A stretch of DNA of 51,314 nucleotides from a virus (taxonomy: Duplodnaviria > Heunggongvirae > Uroviricota > Caudoviricetes): the IMG/VR virus record IMGVR_UViG_3300042259_000065. One strand, written 5' to 3'. The position numbers and the translations under genes were made by a program. Numbering within the stretch: position 1 is the stretch's first letter; every line of letters starts with the position of its first letter. Positions 9,572 through 19,148 of the stretch are shown piece by piece. The notes under the pieces are model-generated. The model ran no database searches and was not told the DNA's origin. It worked only from the letters and a program-made list of their open reading frames with translations.

Positions 9572-10116
9572 TGGCAGGAATTGATATTTATACAGACCCA
9601 ACTGGAGTCAACGATATTGTATTTGATGAGAAGGGTGATTTCCGTTGGACACAAACACGACAAGAAAGTTTAACACAACAAGTTAGAATTCTTTTAACAA
9701 CTTGGCTTGGTGAATGGAGTTTCAATTTAGAGTTTGGAACTCCTTATAAACAAAGATTGCTTGTTGGTAATCTTACTGAGTCAGAAATTAATTCTGAAAT
9801 CAAGCGTGTTATTTTAGATAATATTGATGACATAACAGCAGTAACAAGTGTTGTCACAGAATTTGATAGAAGCAACAGGATCTTAGCCTTAACTGTTGAA
9901 GTTTATTGTGACAATGAAACTATTGAAATCCCAATCGCAAACCCTCAGACAAAATTAAATACTTACCCAGAGCCACGTTCATTTGAAGATTTTGTTATCT
10001 GTAGCCTAGACCCTGAAACAGCAAGTTTAGAGTCAATTAATACATTGCATTATCATTTGAATTATGAACTTCCAGACTATGGTTCATCAACTTGGTGGAA
10101 CACTTGGGTTAATTAA
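9571..10116 (+). CDS. Baseplate wedge / sheath initiator (gp25-like)
   Basis: QQVRILLTTWLGEWSFNLEFGTPY motif. Confidence 0.75.
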   Translation: MAGIDIYTDPTGVNDIVFDEKGDFRWTQTRQESLTQQVRILLTTWLGEWSFNLEFGTPYKQRLLVGNLTESEINSEIKRVILDNIDDITAVTSVVTEFDRSNRILALTVEVYCDNETIEIPIANPQTKLNTYPEPRSFEDFVICSLDPETASLESINTLHYHLNYELPDYGSSTWWNTWVN

Positions 10117-10179
10117 TTTTCTCTATGATTTTATTGAATATTGTGTTAAAATAGTTTATTGAGTAAGAGGAATTTAATA

Positions 10180-11655
10180 ATGTCTAATGGTCTTACCACG
10201 ACAGGGTTTGATGTCAATAGTTTAACACAAAACATATTGGAATATCAAACAGGTCTACAAAATGCATATAATAACCCAAGGTTGTCTATCGAAGATAATG
10301 AACATCTTGGACAACTGATTAAACTTATTGCTGACCGAGAAACTAAAGTTTGGCAAGCAATTAAACAAGTATACCACGTATGGACACTCAATGGTGCAGA
10401 GTCAATCTTCCTAGATGAACTTTTTGCACTAAATGGTGTGTTCCGTAAAGCTGCAACTGCTGGTGTTGGTGATGCTGTTGTTCAAGTGGATCGTACAGCA
10501 CTTAACACCACAGAAGTTATCGCAGGTACAATTTTTAATGGTGAAAATGGTATTGCTTATGCAACATCTACATCACAACTAATTTCATCAAGGGTAACAG
10601 CTTACCGTATCAATGGTGCTTTGACAAGTCTTAACACTTACAATCTGACAATTACCAATAATGATACAGATGAAGTATTTACTTCAAGTCATACCCTTGC
10701 GGCTGCAGATAACACTTCACGATTAAACTTCTTAACAAGTGTAAAGAATGCTCTTGATTTAGTTAACCCTTCTGAGACAAATAGTTACATTGACTCAACC
10801 AATTTAGTTCTATATTGGGGATTTGATGAAGCTTATGAATTGCGTGGATTGCAGCAAGATGTTGAATTTTTATCAACACCAACACTGGGTAATCGTTATG
10901 CTTTAATTGAAGTAACAGCAACTACTACAGGCTTTAACCCTCTAGGTGTAGGTGAGATTGCAACAATGACACCACTTCCAGATGGATATGTTAGTGTTAC
11001 AAACTTAACTCAGTTCTCAGATGGTACAGATGTTGAAACAGATGCTGCATTTATTGAACGTGCACGTACTGTAACAGACTCCCCACGTAGTTCAACCCGT
11101 GCTGCTATTATTGCAGGATTGTTGACAAACGTAGAGGGTGTTCAACGTGCATTGATCCAGAAAGAAGTCGTAGATGGTATTGTTGAAGTAACACCTATCA
11201 TCATCGGCGGTGCAACAGCAGCTATTGCACAAGAGCTTTATAGAACTCAACCTATAAACAATCAATATATAGGTACAGAAAGTTACCAAGTGGATACAGA
11301 AGATGAGTCTACTGAAACAATTCGTTTCAGTCGTGGTACATCCCAACAAATGAGTATTAGAGTAACCTATTCCACTGTGAATGGTACAGCTTTGACAGAT
11401 ACTGAAACTTCGCAAGCTATTTCAAATCTGCTGGATACTTCTGAAGAATGGGGTCTTGGTCGTCAAATATTCAACTTCTCACTATTATCTTCTGTGAGTA
11501 ATGCGGTTGCAAGCAATAGGTTTTCAACACTCCTAGTAGAAATTAAGAAACTTGAAGATCCAGATAGTTCTTACTCCTCTGCAAACTATACACCAGATAT
11601 TACAGAACTTCCAGATCTAATTGAAGATAATATCACATTTGTAAGGGTTCTATGA
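10180..11655 (+). CDS. Baseplate J-like wedge protein
   Basis: GLTTTGF start, LDELFALNGVFRKAAT, GTDVETDAAFIERAR. ATG 10180 has SD AGAGG, preferred over 10159. Confidence 0.85.
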   Translation: MSNGLTTTGFDVNSLTQNILEYQTGLQNAYNNPRLSIEDNEHLGQLIKLIADRETKVWQAIKQVYHVWTLNGAESIFLDELFALNGVFRKAATAGVGDAVVQVDRTALNTTEVIAGTIFNGENGIAYATSTSQLISSRVTAYRINGALTSLNTYNLTITNNDTDEVFTSSHTLAAADNTSRLNFLTSVKNALDLVNPSETNSYIDSTNLVLYWGFDEAYELRGLQQDVEFLSTPTLGNRYALIEVTATTTGFNPLGVGEIATMTPLPDGYVSVTNLTQFSDGTDVETDAAFIERARTVTDSPRSSTRAAIIAGLLTNVEGVQRALIQKEVVDGIVEVTPIIIGGATAAIAQELYRTQPINNQYIGTESYQVDTEDESTETIRFSRGTSQQMSIRVTYSTVNGTALTDTETSQAISNLLDTSEEWGLGRQIFNFSLLSSVSNAVASNRFSTLLVEIKKLEDPDSSYSSANYTPDITELPDLIEDNITFVRVL

Positions 11656-12287
11656 TGAATGATAGCAATAGAGTCGTATTCGATTTAACCTTCACAGAAG
11701 ATGCTTATAATGATTTACCTTATGACCAGAGATTAGATAATCTTGTAAAACTTTTAGTTGTAATAAGTGACCGTTTTGATTTAGCTCAACGTCAAACTAT
11801 TGCAATGGCTTATCAAAGACTTTTAGATAATGCTGAAGGTGATATGGTAGATAGTATTGCTTCAAGATTCTTTATTGATCGACAAGGTAAATCTGATGAA
11901 GAAATGAGAGCAGCAATTAGATTGTTTTCATTGAGGCAAGATTCTGAGGGTACACGTTCTGAAGTAGTCAGGCTCCTTAATGTAATTGCTGGTGACGGTG
12001 GTTATGTTAATATTTACAAAGGACCAAATAATTATCTTCAGGTTGCTGTATCAACAGATTGTCTAGATTTAACAAAGGTTAAAGTTGATTTAGAGGGATT
12101 ATTTCCTATTAATACAAATTTAGAATTCTTAAAGACTAATGTCATTAGGAAACCTTTTGGTCTTGGAAGTTCACTTTTACCTAGTATTAATTCAGATAAA
12201 ATGGGGTTACTTGGAACATCAACAGACCCTAATGATGATTCAAATTATATGGCTGTAACGATTATTAGTAATGAGAATGGGAGATAA
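11652..12287 (+). CDS. Baseplate wedge protein (I-like)
   Basis: LLDNAEGDMVDSIA...RQGKSDEEMR pattern; follows the J-like gene. Confidence 0.65.
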   Translation: MMNDSNRVVFDLTFTEDAYNDLPYDQRLDNLVKLLVVISDRFDLAQRQTIAMAYQRLLDNAEGDMVDSIASRFFIDRQGKSDEEMRAAIRLFSLRQDSEGTRSEVVRLLNVIAGDGGYVNIYKGPNNYLQVAVSTDCLDLTKVKVDLEGLFPINTNLEFLKTNVIRKPFGLGSSLLPSINSDKMGLLGTSTDPNDDSNYMAVTIISNENGR

Positions 12288-12289
12288 TT

Positions 12290-13024
12290 ATGGCAACTGA
12301 GCCAACTAACCCTATAATTAGGATTGCAGAAAATGACACAACTCTGCCAAGTACAGGGTTAACAAATAAATTAGAACCTATTACTTCCGTGAAAGAAACA
12401 GGTTTTGACACTAATATACTCCTCTCCGCAGAAAATCTGAATTATATTTTAGATAATATCGGAGAATGGTTACAATATAACAAAGATGTAGCTGATTCTC
12501 AAATTATTGCTGGGGACGGGCTTGATTCTGATGTAGGGTCTATTGGAAAAGGACAGACGCTTTCTGTTGACGATACTGTTGTTCGTACTACAAGAAAAAT
12601 AGTTGCAGGGGGTGGCCTTGTAACAGGGGGGGACTTATCAGCAGATGTAACCGTCGATATGGGTACACCCTCTACAACAGGTGCTGGAAGCACAAACAGT
12701 GTAACAGTAGACTCACATGCACATGCGTTAACCTTAGACACTAACAATATCTCTATCCTTACAGGTAGTATCCTTAATGGAGGAACAATTCCTCTTCCTG
12801 CCGGATATACAGAAAGTCAATGTAGGTGGATGGTATCTTTTGATGATATTAACGTTGATGCAAGAATATGGGATATTCCAGAATCAGGGGCTTACACACA
12901 CTTACGATCTAATTGTTATACAACAGGGAGAGTTGTAACAGCCATACTTAGAGCTACTCAGTCAAGTGTAGGTCTTGTAGATTTTCCCGCCTCTGCTAAT
13001 TATATTATTATAGGAGTTAAGTAA
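12290..13024 (+). CDS. Tail fibre protein
   Basis: LSAENLNYIL, IVAGGGLVTGGDLSADVT fibre repeat, GGTIPLPAGYTESQC C-terminal module. Confidence 0.75.
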   Translation: MATEPTNPIIRIAENDTTLPSTGLTNKLEPITSVKETGFDTNILLSAENLNYILDNIGEWLQYNKDVADSQIIAGDGLDSDVGSIGKGQTLSVDDTVVRTTRKIVAGGGLVTGGDLSADVTVDMGTPSTTGAGSTNSVTVDSHAHALTLDTNNISILTGSILNGGTIPLPAGYTESQCRWMVSFDDINVDARIWDIPESGAYTHLRSNCYTTGRVVTAILRATQSSVGLVDFPASANYIIIGVK

Positions 13025-13419
13025 TGTTTTATATCTTCAATAAAGATAATGTATGCATAGGTAAATGTAGTTTTTCTCCTAATCAAGAAGACTTATCTTC
13101 ACGACAAGAATATTCAGTAGAAAGTTCAGAAGATTACAATATCTTCCAACTTACATATCAAGAAGGTTTTGTTGTCACAGAAAAGGAAGTTGTTGTAGAT
13201 ACTGCAAAAGAAGAACACTTATGGGTAAAGGAACAACTTAAGATAGTAGATGTTGAACTTATGTATCATTGGACGGGTGACTTGGAAAGGCAATCCTATA
13301 CAGAACAAGTTTGGAAAGATTACGCTATTGAATTAAGAAATTATACAACTTTAGTTGATAATATTCCAGTAATTAATTCTGATGTAAGACCAACTACCCC
13401 TTATAATGTAGAAGAATAA
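13024..13419 (+). CDS. Tail fibre assembly chaperone
   Basis: Immediately after the fibre gene; W...QL...WKDYAIELRNY...RP motif. Confidence 0.6.
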   Translation: MFYIFNKDNVCIGKCSFSPNQEDLSSRQEYSVESSEDYNIFQLTYQEGFVVTEKEVVVDTAKEEHLWVKEQLKIVDVELMYHWTGDLERQSYTEQVWKDYAIELRNYTTLVDNIPVINSDVRPTTPYNVEE

Positions 13420-13434
13420 TAAAAAGGTTGAATC

Positions 13435-13821
13435 ATGCCAGAAGTAATCAGTACAATGAAAATAGGTTGGTTCTTAATTACAGGTGGCTTAGGTATATTT
13501 GTATCGATTATGGGATTCTTAATAAGAAGAGAGCTAAATCGAAATAAAGATGTACAAGATAACCTACACAAAGATATTAAGGACTTGAAAAGGTCTGACG
13601 TTGAGCAACAAAAAACCATTTCTGAACATGAAACAAAGATTGCTGTTATGAAAGCAGAGAAAATTGATAGAGAAGAAATGATGAAAGAAATGACTAAAAT
13701 GCAACATGTCGTTGAGTCACAGATTAATAATCTTAAAAGTGACCTTAAAGAGGATATGAAAGAACTTAAAGATGAGTTCAAAGATATTAAAGATTTAATT
13801 ATCAATTCTCGACAACGATGA
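13435..13821 (+). CDS. Holin-like membrane protein (one N-terminal TM, coiled-coil C-terminus)
   Basis: Hydrophobic stretch IGWFLITGGLGIFVSIMGFLI followed by charged heptads. Confidence 0.45.
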   Translation: MPEVISTMKIGWFLITGGLGIFVSIMGFLIRRELNRNKDVQDNLHKDIKDLKRSDVEQQKTISEHETKIAVMKAEKIDREEMMKEMTKMQHVVESQINNLKSDLKEDMKELKDEFKDIKDLIINSRQR

Positions 13822-14279
13822 GTTACTTTTATATATTGTTCTGTATAACTTTATTACTGTTGTCAAAGTATACCTTTAATGTGAGACTCTTACTATTAAG
13901 TATCATTCTGTATCTGTGTTATATTACCTTTTCTAAAATATTTAATGTAGAAGAGTACATCTTTATAACTACTGTGTTTATTATTTCAGTGTCGTTTACA
14001 CTCTTTGATGTGAATAAGAGATTCTTTAGTATCATAGAGATTATATCTATAACTATTTTCAAGATTACAGAATTACTTTTATTATTATATCCCTCTACTT
14101 ATATAAGTTTTATTGGTGATTATTATTTTTACTTGGATGACGCTTTTATATCTACACTACTTTTTGTAATTTTCTCTAAAGAAGTTGGGTATCATCCTTT
14201 TAAAATGGATAAGATTAATCTTAGAAAATATATTTTGACAGCAGTAATAAGTTATTTAACTTTAATTTTTATAATTTGA
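13818..14279 (+). CDS. Multi-pass membrane protein
   Basis: 153 aa, mostly hydrophobic; ATGA overlap with the upstream gene. Confidence 0.55.
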   Translation: MSYFYILFCITLLLLSKYTFNVRLLLLSIILYLCYITFSKIFNVEEYIFITTVFIISVSFTLFDVNKRFFSIIEIISITIFKITELLLLLYPSTYISFIGDYYFYLDDAFISTLLFVIFSKEVGYHPFKMDKINLRKYILTAVISYLTLIFII

Positions 14280-14290
14280 TTGGAGATATT

Positions 14291-15889
14291 ATGACATATC
14301 CAGCTACAAATCTAAATGAAGCAGTAGGTTTAGTTGTCCCAGATTCAAATGCTTTACATGAGGTAATAAATGGTGAAGCTACAGAGAGTGTAATTCTACC
14401 TAATGGAGATACCGTCCCTACCCTAAGAAAATCATTAGTTGATAGTTTTTACTTCACACAAAGCACTCTACCTTGGACAGTAGGTCAAGATGAAACTGTA
14501 TTCAATCAACTACGTGAATTCAATGGTAAATTATATCATGCACCCTTAGCAACTACATCGAATCCCATCCCTATGGGAACAGCCCCAGAAGGTAATCCTC
14601 AGTGGAGGTCACTAGATTTACCAATTGAAGATATGGTTGTTAGTGCGTATAATAGTAGTGTTGCCGCACAACAGAGTGAGATTGCAGCCAATAATAGTGA
14701 GATTGCAGCAAGTAATTCCGAACAGAATGCAGCCTTAAGTGAGTATAATGCAAATATTTCAGCGCAATCTGCAGTATCTGCGGCAGCAACTGCGCAAACA
14801 GCAGCGGATAATGCTGTTGCTGTAGTTACAGGAGGCACCGCAACCATAACGCCGGAGCCTGGCAAAATCCCACTCGCGAACTCAAAAGGGGAAATCGAAC
14901 CAGGCTGGTTAGGGCAAGAATCTGCGACAAGCGCATTCACAATGATCTCTGGCGGTAAATGGGTGCAGCTTAAAGATGATTTCGGAAATTCACAAATTGT
15001 TCGCAGAATTCCAATCCACACATTTGAAGATCTGAACATTACAGATTGCCCGTTCACAGGGCCGCTTGATTGTTTTATTCGACAAGATCTGACGTTAAGG
15101 CCATACGTTGACGTCCCTGTTTATGAGGCAAGCAATAGCGGGGGTAAAGCAGTATCACAGGCTGGGAAAACTCCGTGGACTAGTATCAATGCGAACAATG
15201 CAAGGGCTAGAAGCGAAGAGCTAAACTCAAATTCAGTCATGATCAGCCAAGAAATTTGGGCAATGCTGTGCTGGAACATGTTGGCTGGCGGATTCCAACC
15301 AAGAGGAAATACTGAACATGGCCGATCTCATTCTAATCTTGATGAATTTGGAAGAAGAGCGGATGGAAGAGTGCCAAACGACAGAAGCGGGGCAGCATAT
15401 ACGTTGACAGGAAGTGGCCCCATGGAGTGGAGTCATGACGGAACACCATTTGGCGTTATGGACTTGGTGGGGAACGTATGGGAATGGGTTGATGGCATTA
15501 AGATGGTTGATGGCCAGTTCATCGTTGCTGAGTACACAGGACAGCCAGAGTCGGAATGGTCTGCAACAGGTGTGTATATTAGTGAGACAGGTCAATTTAC
15601 CAACGTGGCGCCATCGACGTTAAACTCAGGCAGCCAAGTTTGGGGTAGCATGTCGAAAGATGCTAGCTACTCTGGCAACGAACGTTTGCAAAGATTGATG
15701 ATTGAGCCGATTGCTTGTACCAGCGCGTTGGGCGGTCGATTTTACTGGAATCTTGACGGTGAGCGCTTCCCGCTCCGCGGTGGCAGCTGGTACAGCACGT
15801 CCGGTGCTGGCCCCGCGGCGCTGTACTGCAGCAATCCGCGTTCGCTCGCGAGCGGCGACTTCGGGTTTCGCTCCGCTTTCGTGTCTTGA
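14291..15889 (+). CDS. Second receptor-binding/tail fibre protein with C-terminal FGE-sulfatase/C-type-lectin (Mtd-like) domain
   Basis: Tail-spike-like N-terminus, Ala-rich linker, TITPEPGKIPLA motif, DLVGNVWEW and RGGSW...GFRSA CLec motifs. ATG 14291 has SD GGAG. Confidence 0.8.
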   Translation: MTYPATNLNEAVGLVVPDSNALHEVINGEATESVILPNGDTVPTLRKSLVDSFYFTQSTLPWTVGQDETVFNQLREFNGKLYHAPLATTSNPIPMGTAPEGNPQWRSLDLPIEDMVVSAYNSSVAAQQSEIAANNSEIAASNSEQNAALSEYNANISAQSAVSAAATAQTAADNAVAVVTGGTATITPEPGKIPLANSKGEIEPGWLGQESATSAFTMISGGKWVQLKDDFGNSQIVRRIPIHTFEDLNITDCPFTGPLDCFIRQDLTLRPYVDVPVYEASNSGGKAVSQAGKTPWTSINANNARARSEELNSNSVMISQEIWAMLCWNMLAGGFQPRGNTEHGRSHSNLDEFGRRADGRVPNDRSGAAYTLTGSGPMEWSHDGTPFGVMDLVGNVWEWVDGIKMVDGQFIVAEYTGQPESEWSATGVYISETGQFTNVAPSTLNSGSQVWGSMSKDASYSGNERLQRLMIEPIACTSALGGRFYWNLDGERFPLRGGSWYSTSGAGPAALYCSNPRSLASGDFGFRSAFVS

Positions 15890-15895
15890 TTCTTG
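15761..15895 (+). repeat. DGR variable-repeat-like segment with IMH-like 3' end (no template repeat in window)
   Basis: Strongly GC-rich, A-poor 3' end of the gene. The ten positions that would be AAY/ATC in a template are all NNY codons. Ends TCT-TGA-TTCTTG. Confidence 0.65.
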
Positions 15896-15921
15896 TGCTA
15901 TCACTATCAATAGAGGTTTTT

Positions 15922-16080
15922 ATGAATGAATTTAATTACTACTTTAACGGCGTTAGACACACTAGTGTTGATGTTGATTTTTTGAATGAACTAACCAAAA
16001 ACTGCGAAGACCCACAAGGCGTCATCGAAGGGATATTAGAAAGCAAAGCCCGATTTGATGATAGTGCTGGTGATAATTGA
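15922..16080 (+). CDS. Small hypothetical protein downstream of the RBP
   Basis: ATG 15922 with SD GAGG; 52 aa. Confidence 0.6.
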   Translation: MNEFNYYFNGVRHTSVDVDFLNELTKNCEDPQGVIEGILESKARFDDSAGDN

Positions 16081-16134
16081 TTCCCCTTGGTTGAATCAAT
16101 TTCAGCAAATTTGATATTCCCAAAAACTAAAATT

Positions 16135-16160
16135 AAGCCACCATTTCGGTGGCTTTTCTT
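16135..16160 (+). terminator. Terminator ending the late operon
   Basis: AAGCCACC-atttc-GGTGGCTT followed by a T-tract. Confidence 0.8.
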
Positions 16161-16163
16161 TAC

Positions 16164-16410
16164 CTAAAACTCACTAACCTGATTAGGCTCGCTAGGTTCA
16201 GGATCGGATTCTGATTCGACCTCTAGTGGGGCAGCGTCTGACAGGCGCTTGAGTTGTTCCTCAGTTAAATCGCCAGTTTTCTGGCAACGCGCAATGACCT
16301 GTTGCAGTGTCATCTTACCTTCTTCCATTGCCTTTGCCATCGCATCGAATCTAGTATCGAACTTATTGGAGGGATAAGTAGGACGATGCATACTGTTAAC
16401 ATTGAACAAA
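16164..16410 (-). pseudogene. Gene remnant resembling the C-terminus of temperate-phage recombination proteins
   Basis: PTYPSNKFDTRFDAMAKAMEEGKMTLQQVI...LTEEQLKRL. No RBS; trapped between two terminators. Family similarity is from memory only. Confidence 0.45.
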
Positions 16411-16432
16411 AAGCCCACCGAAAGGTGGGCTT
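16408..16432 (-). terminator. Terminator of the leftward replication operon
   Basis: AAGCCCACC-gaaa-GGTGGGCTT with a T5 tract on the minus strand. Confidence 0.8.
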
Positions 16433-16522
16433 CATAATATCCAAATTTTATTCTTCCACAAATATTACATCACATGCAATAACATTTTTCCGTGAGGAAG
16501 GTATTCTGATTAAAAGGGAATA

Positions 16523-17038
16523 TTAGTTATTATTATCAGGGTCTCTTCCTTCAGCACGTAAGCGGTTATGTTCATCAGCATGACATCTTGTACACAGCCA
16601 TATAACATCTAACCAATGTTCTTCCTCATAAGACCAATGATGAGCTTGAGGTTTACATTGCTTCCCACAACAACTACATTTTTCGGGGCGAATAATTTTA
16701 CCATATTTAAGACAACTGTTTACCTTGCATTGGGCTTTGTATTTCATAGGGTTTTGTTTTCTATACGCTCTTACCCGTTCCCTATCCTTTATGATAAATT
16801 CTTCGTCATTCTCTTTCCTTTTCTGCTGATACCTCTTTTGACAAGCTTCTACTCTTTCTTTATGATTCGGTCTGTTTCTGTCATACTCTTTGACCTTTTC
16901 TAAATTATCCAGTCTATACTGCCTAACCTTTTCTTTTCTACAATCCTTACAATTCTTATCATGACCTAATACTGTATTCCTAACAACATAAAATTCAGAC
17001 TCATCTTTAAATTCAAGACAAACTATACATTTAAACAT
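16523..17038 (-). CDS. Free-standing HNH (His-Cys) endonuclease
   Basis: N-terminal CxxC...CKDC Zn ribbon; C-terminal CSCCG...QAHHWSY...LDVIWLCTRCHADEH. Confidence 0.8.
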   Translation of the reverse strand: MFKCIVCLEFKDESEFYVVRNTVLGHDKNCKDCRKEKVRQYRLDNLEKVKEYDRNRPNHKERVEACQKRYQQKRKENDEEFIIKDRERVRAYRKQNPMKYKAQCKVNSCLKYGKIIRPEKCSCCGKQCKPQAHHWSYEEEHWLDVIWLCTRCHADEHNRLRAEGRDPDNNN

Positions 17039-17065
17039 ATGATATATCCCGTTTTTGGTTTAAGT

Positions 17066-17092
17066 AAAATAAAAGAGGGACTATGCCCTCTT
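17066..17092 (-). terminator. Terminator after the SSB-like gene
   Basis: AAGAGGG-catagt-CCCTCTT followed by TTATTTT on the minus strand. Confidence 0.7.
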
Positions 17093-17106
17093 AAAGTATT
17101 CAGATA

Positions 17107-18547
17107 TCAAAATGGAATCCTTTGTGTTCAGAAGGTATCGCAACTTACCTTCCCGTCATTATGACAGCTATATGTTTCCATATAGAGCAGACTATATCAT
17201 CAACTACTTGAGTTGCTGTGCGCTTGGGGAGCCATTTGCTTGCTCTCTACAGGGTTACACTCATCACCCTTAGTCGTTACACTTTCAACCACAGTTGTGG
17301 AAGCTTAGCTCGGATATTGTCTTCACCTTTACGTGGTCAGATGTCTACCGAATTCACACAGTTTTCGACATACCTCACAGTATGAAGCGACCTTATTGAT
17401 CGTCATCAAAGAACATTGTTGGTTCACTGGAACTGTAATCACTCTCAGAAGGTTTTTCCTCTTTCTGCACAGGTTTGCTTGCCTGAGAAGGTTTCTCTTC
17501 ACCACGAGCTTCCTGTTGAGGATTGGAGGGTGTTTGCGCAATATTTGCACCCTTAGCATCAAGAGCTTTCTTCAAATCAGAATCTTCCCAATTACAACCC
17601 AACCAGAAGTCAGGAGCTTTAACAGCATTAGGTTGGAAAGCTTTTGCACGAGGAAGCACACACATCAATTCCTTGCGGTGACTTACCCAAGATACAACAT
17701 CATCAGAATAATCACCACCATTTAGAAGTACACCATAGAATTCACTGTTACATTCTGGAATTTGGTCTTCACGTTTGATTACATTATCACCAACTTCTAC
17801 ATCAGAAATTTCTGAATGTTCAACAATAATTTCATTGAAGAAACGCTCACCTTTCTCAGCAACCAATGTGACATTACAAGCTTGGTTGGCAAAGACACCA
17901 ATATCATATTCTTTTGAATATTCATCGGCAATATTTAGAGAGTTAGCCATTTTCATCAGTGGGCTATTTGGTGAAAGTTTACCTGTACGGAAATTAGGAT
18001 TGAAGCGAAGGTGCTTACGCATATCCTCGATACCCATAGAATCAATCTTAACATAACCATTGAAACAAACACGAAGAGGTTTAACTCCAAGATGATGCAG
18101 TGCTTCAATAGGGTGTTTAGTCCAGTCAATTTCTACTTTAGGAATGTCGAAGTATAGTGCAAATTCTTGAGTTGGTCGCTCAGGTTTGAATTGCATACGT
18201 TTACCATCAACATCTTTGAAGTAGTTATCAGGATATTTTTCAACATGAGCTTTCTCTTCATCAGAGAGTTGGTCACCTTTGCCAGCAACACCTTTCCATT
18301 CATAAGAAGCATCTTGTTGTGGTTGCAAACCTAAGTCTGCAATACCTTTACAGATAGCAACATATTTCTTACGCTTCTGCATAATACCTTCACGAATCTC
18401 ACCATCAGCTTTAGTGGCTTGGACTTCCTTACCATCAAAAAGTGACCAGTAATATTCATTCCACGCTGTCCATGCTTCATCTGGAACTTGACTTGCAGAT
18501 TGACCACCAGTTGATGTAGGGATTTGTGGTTTCATTGAAAATGTCAT
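17107..18547 (-). CDS. ssb: Single-stranded DNA-binding protein, spliced: complement(join(17107..17118, 17399..18547)), 386 aa ending FFDDDIPF
   Basis: Replication-module context, long Pro/Gln/Glu-rich linker, and splicing yields the DDDIPF SSB-Ct tip. SSB identity is inferred from the tail and context. Confidence 0.75.
17119..17398 (-). ncRNA. Group I intron in the SSB-like gene (280 nt, no ORF)
   Basis: Minus strand: P1 CGAT/GTCG with U.G; P gtgaattcggta, Q caatatccgagc, R gtaacgacta, S gatgatatagtct; ends gaacacaaagG before ATTCCATTTTGA. Confidence 0.88.
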
Positions 18548-18720
18548 ATAGTTTTATTTCCTTTTATTGAACGTCTTTTACAAGACAAATGATTAAAGTT
18601 TAAAGAACAATACAGTTCTGAGTTTATTTATTTGGTCTCTCCTCCAAAATGTCATATCTCTACAACGAAATGTGCTACGGAATTTCTTATTTTGCCATGA
18701 AAGTATTACTGTGTCAATGG

Positions 18721-18918
18721 TTAAATTTCTTCAACTTCTACACTTAGTAAATAATGAATTTTTGTTGAGTCTTTAGGTACAACTTTGTAGATATCTGTAC
18801 GTTGCACAATATCGTTACCATCTTTGCGTGACTCAGTATGTGCTTCAACAAATTCAACTACCTCTACAACATCACCTTTCTTGATGCCAAAATAATCGAC
18901 TTTTGATTTAATTTTCAT
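18721..18918 (-). CDS. Hypothetical protein (KOW/SH3-like)
   Basis: 65 aa, SD AGGAG; IKKGDVVEVVE motif. Confidence 0.6.
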   Translation of the reverse strand: MKIKSKVDYFGIKKGDVVEVVEFVEAHTESRKDGNDIVQRTDIYKVVPKDSTKIHYLLSVEVEEI

Positions 18919-19148
18919 ATTTTCTCCTTAAATAAACTCTACTTTACTTTTATCAAAATTAACAAACTTCATGCTTGAAAGTAATATACTTTTGCACAAA
19001 GGTTGATGTCTCTTGCACACAAGTGCAAAGGTATCTTTCTTGCCAAGAATACTATTAATTTTCAAACCACAACTCTTTGGCAAAGACATTATTCGCACAA
19101 GGTATTCAATTTGTGCAAAGGATGCTGTTATGTGGGCTACGGTTTGCA

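Noticed and set aside
17329-17562. 77-aa minus-strand ORF running into the SSB intron
   Set aside because: It is an alternate frame of the SSB linker plus ribozyme sequence, with no RBS.
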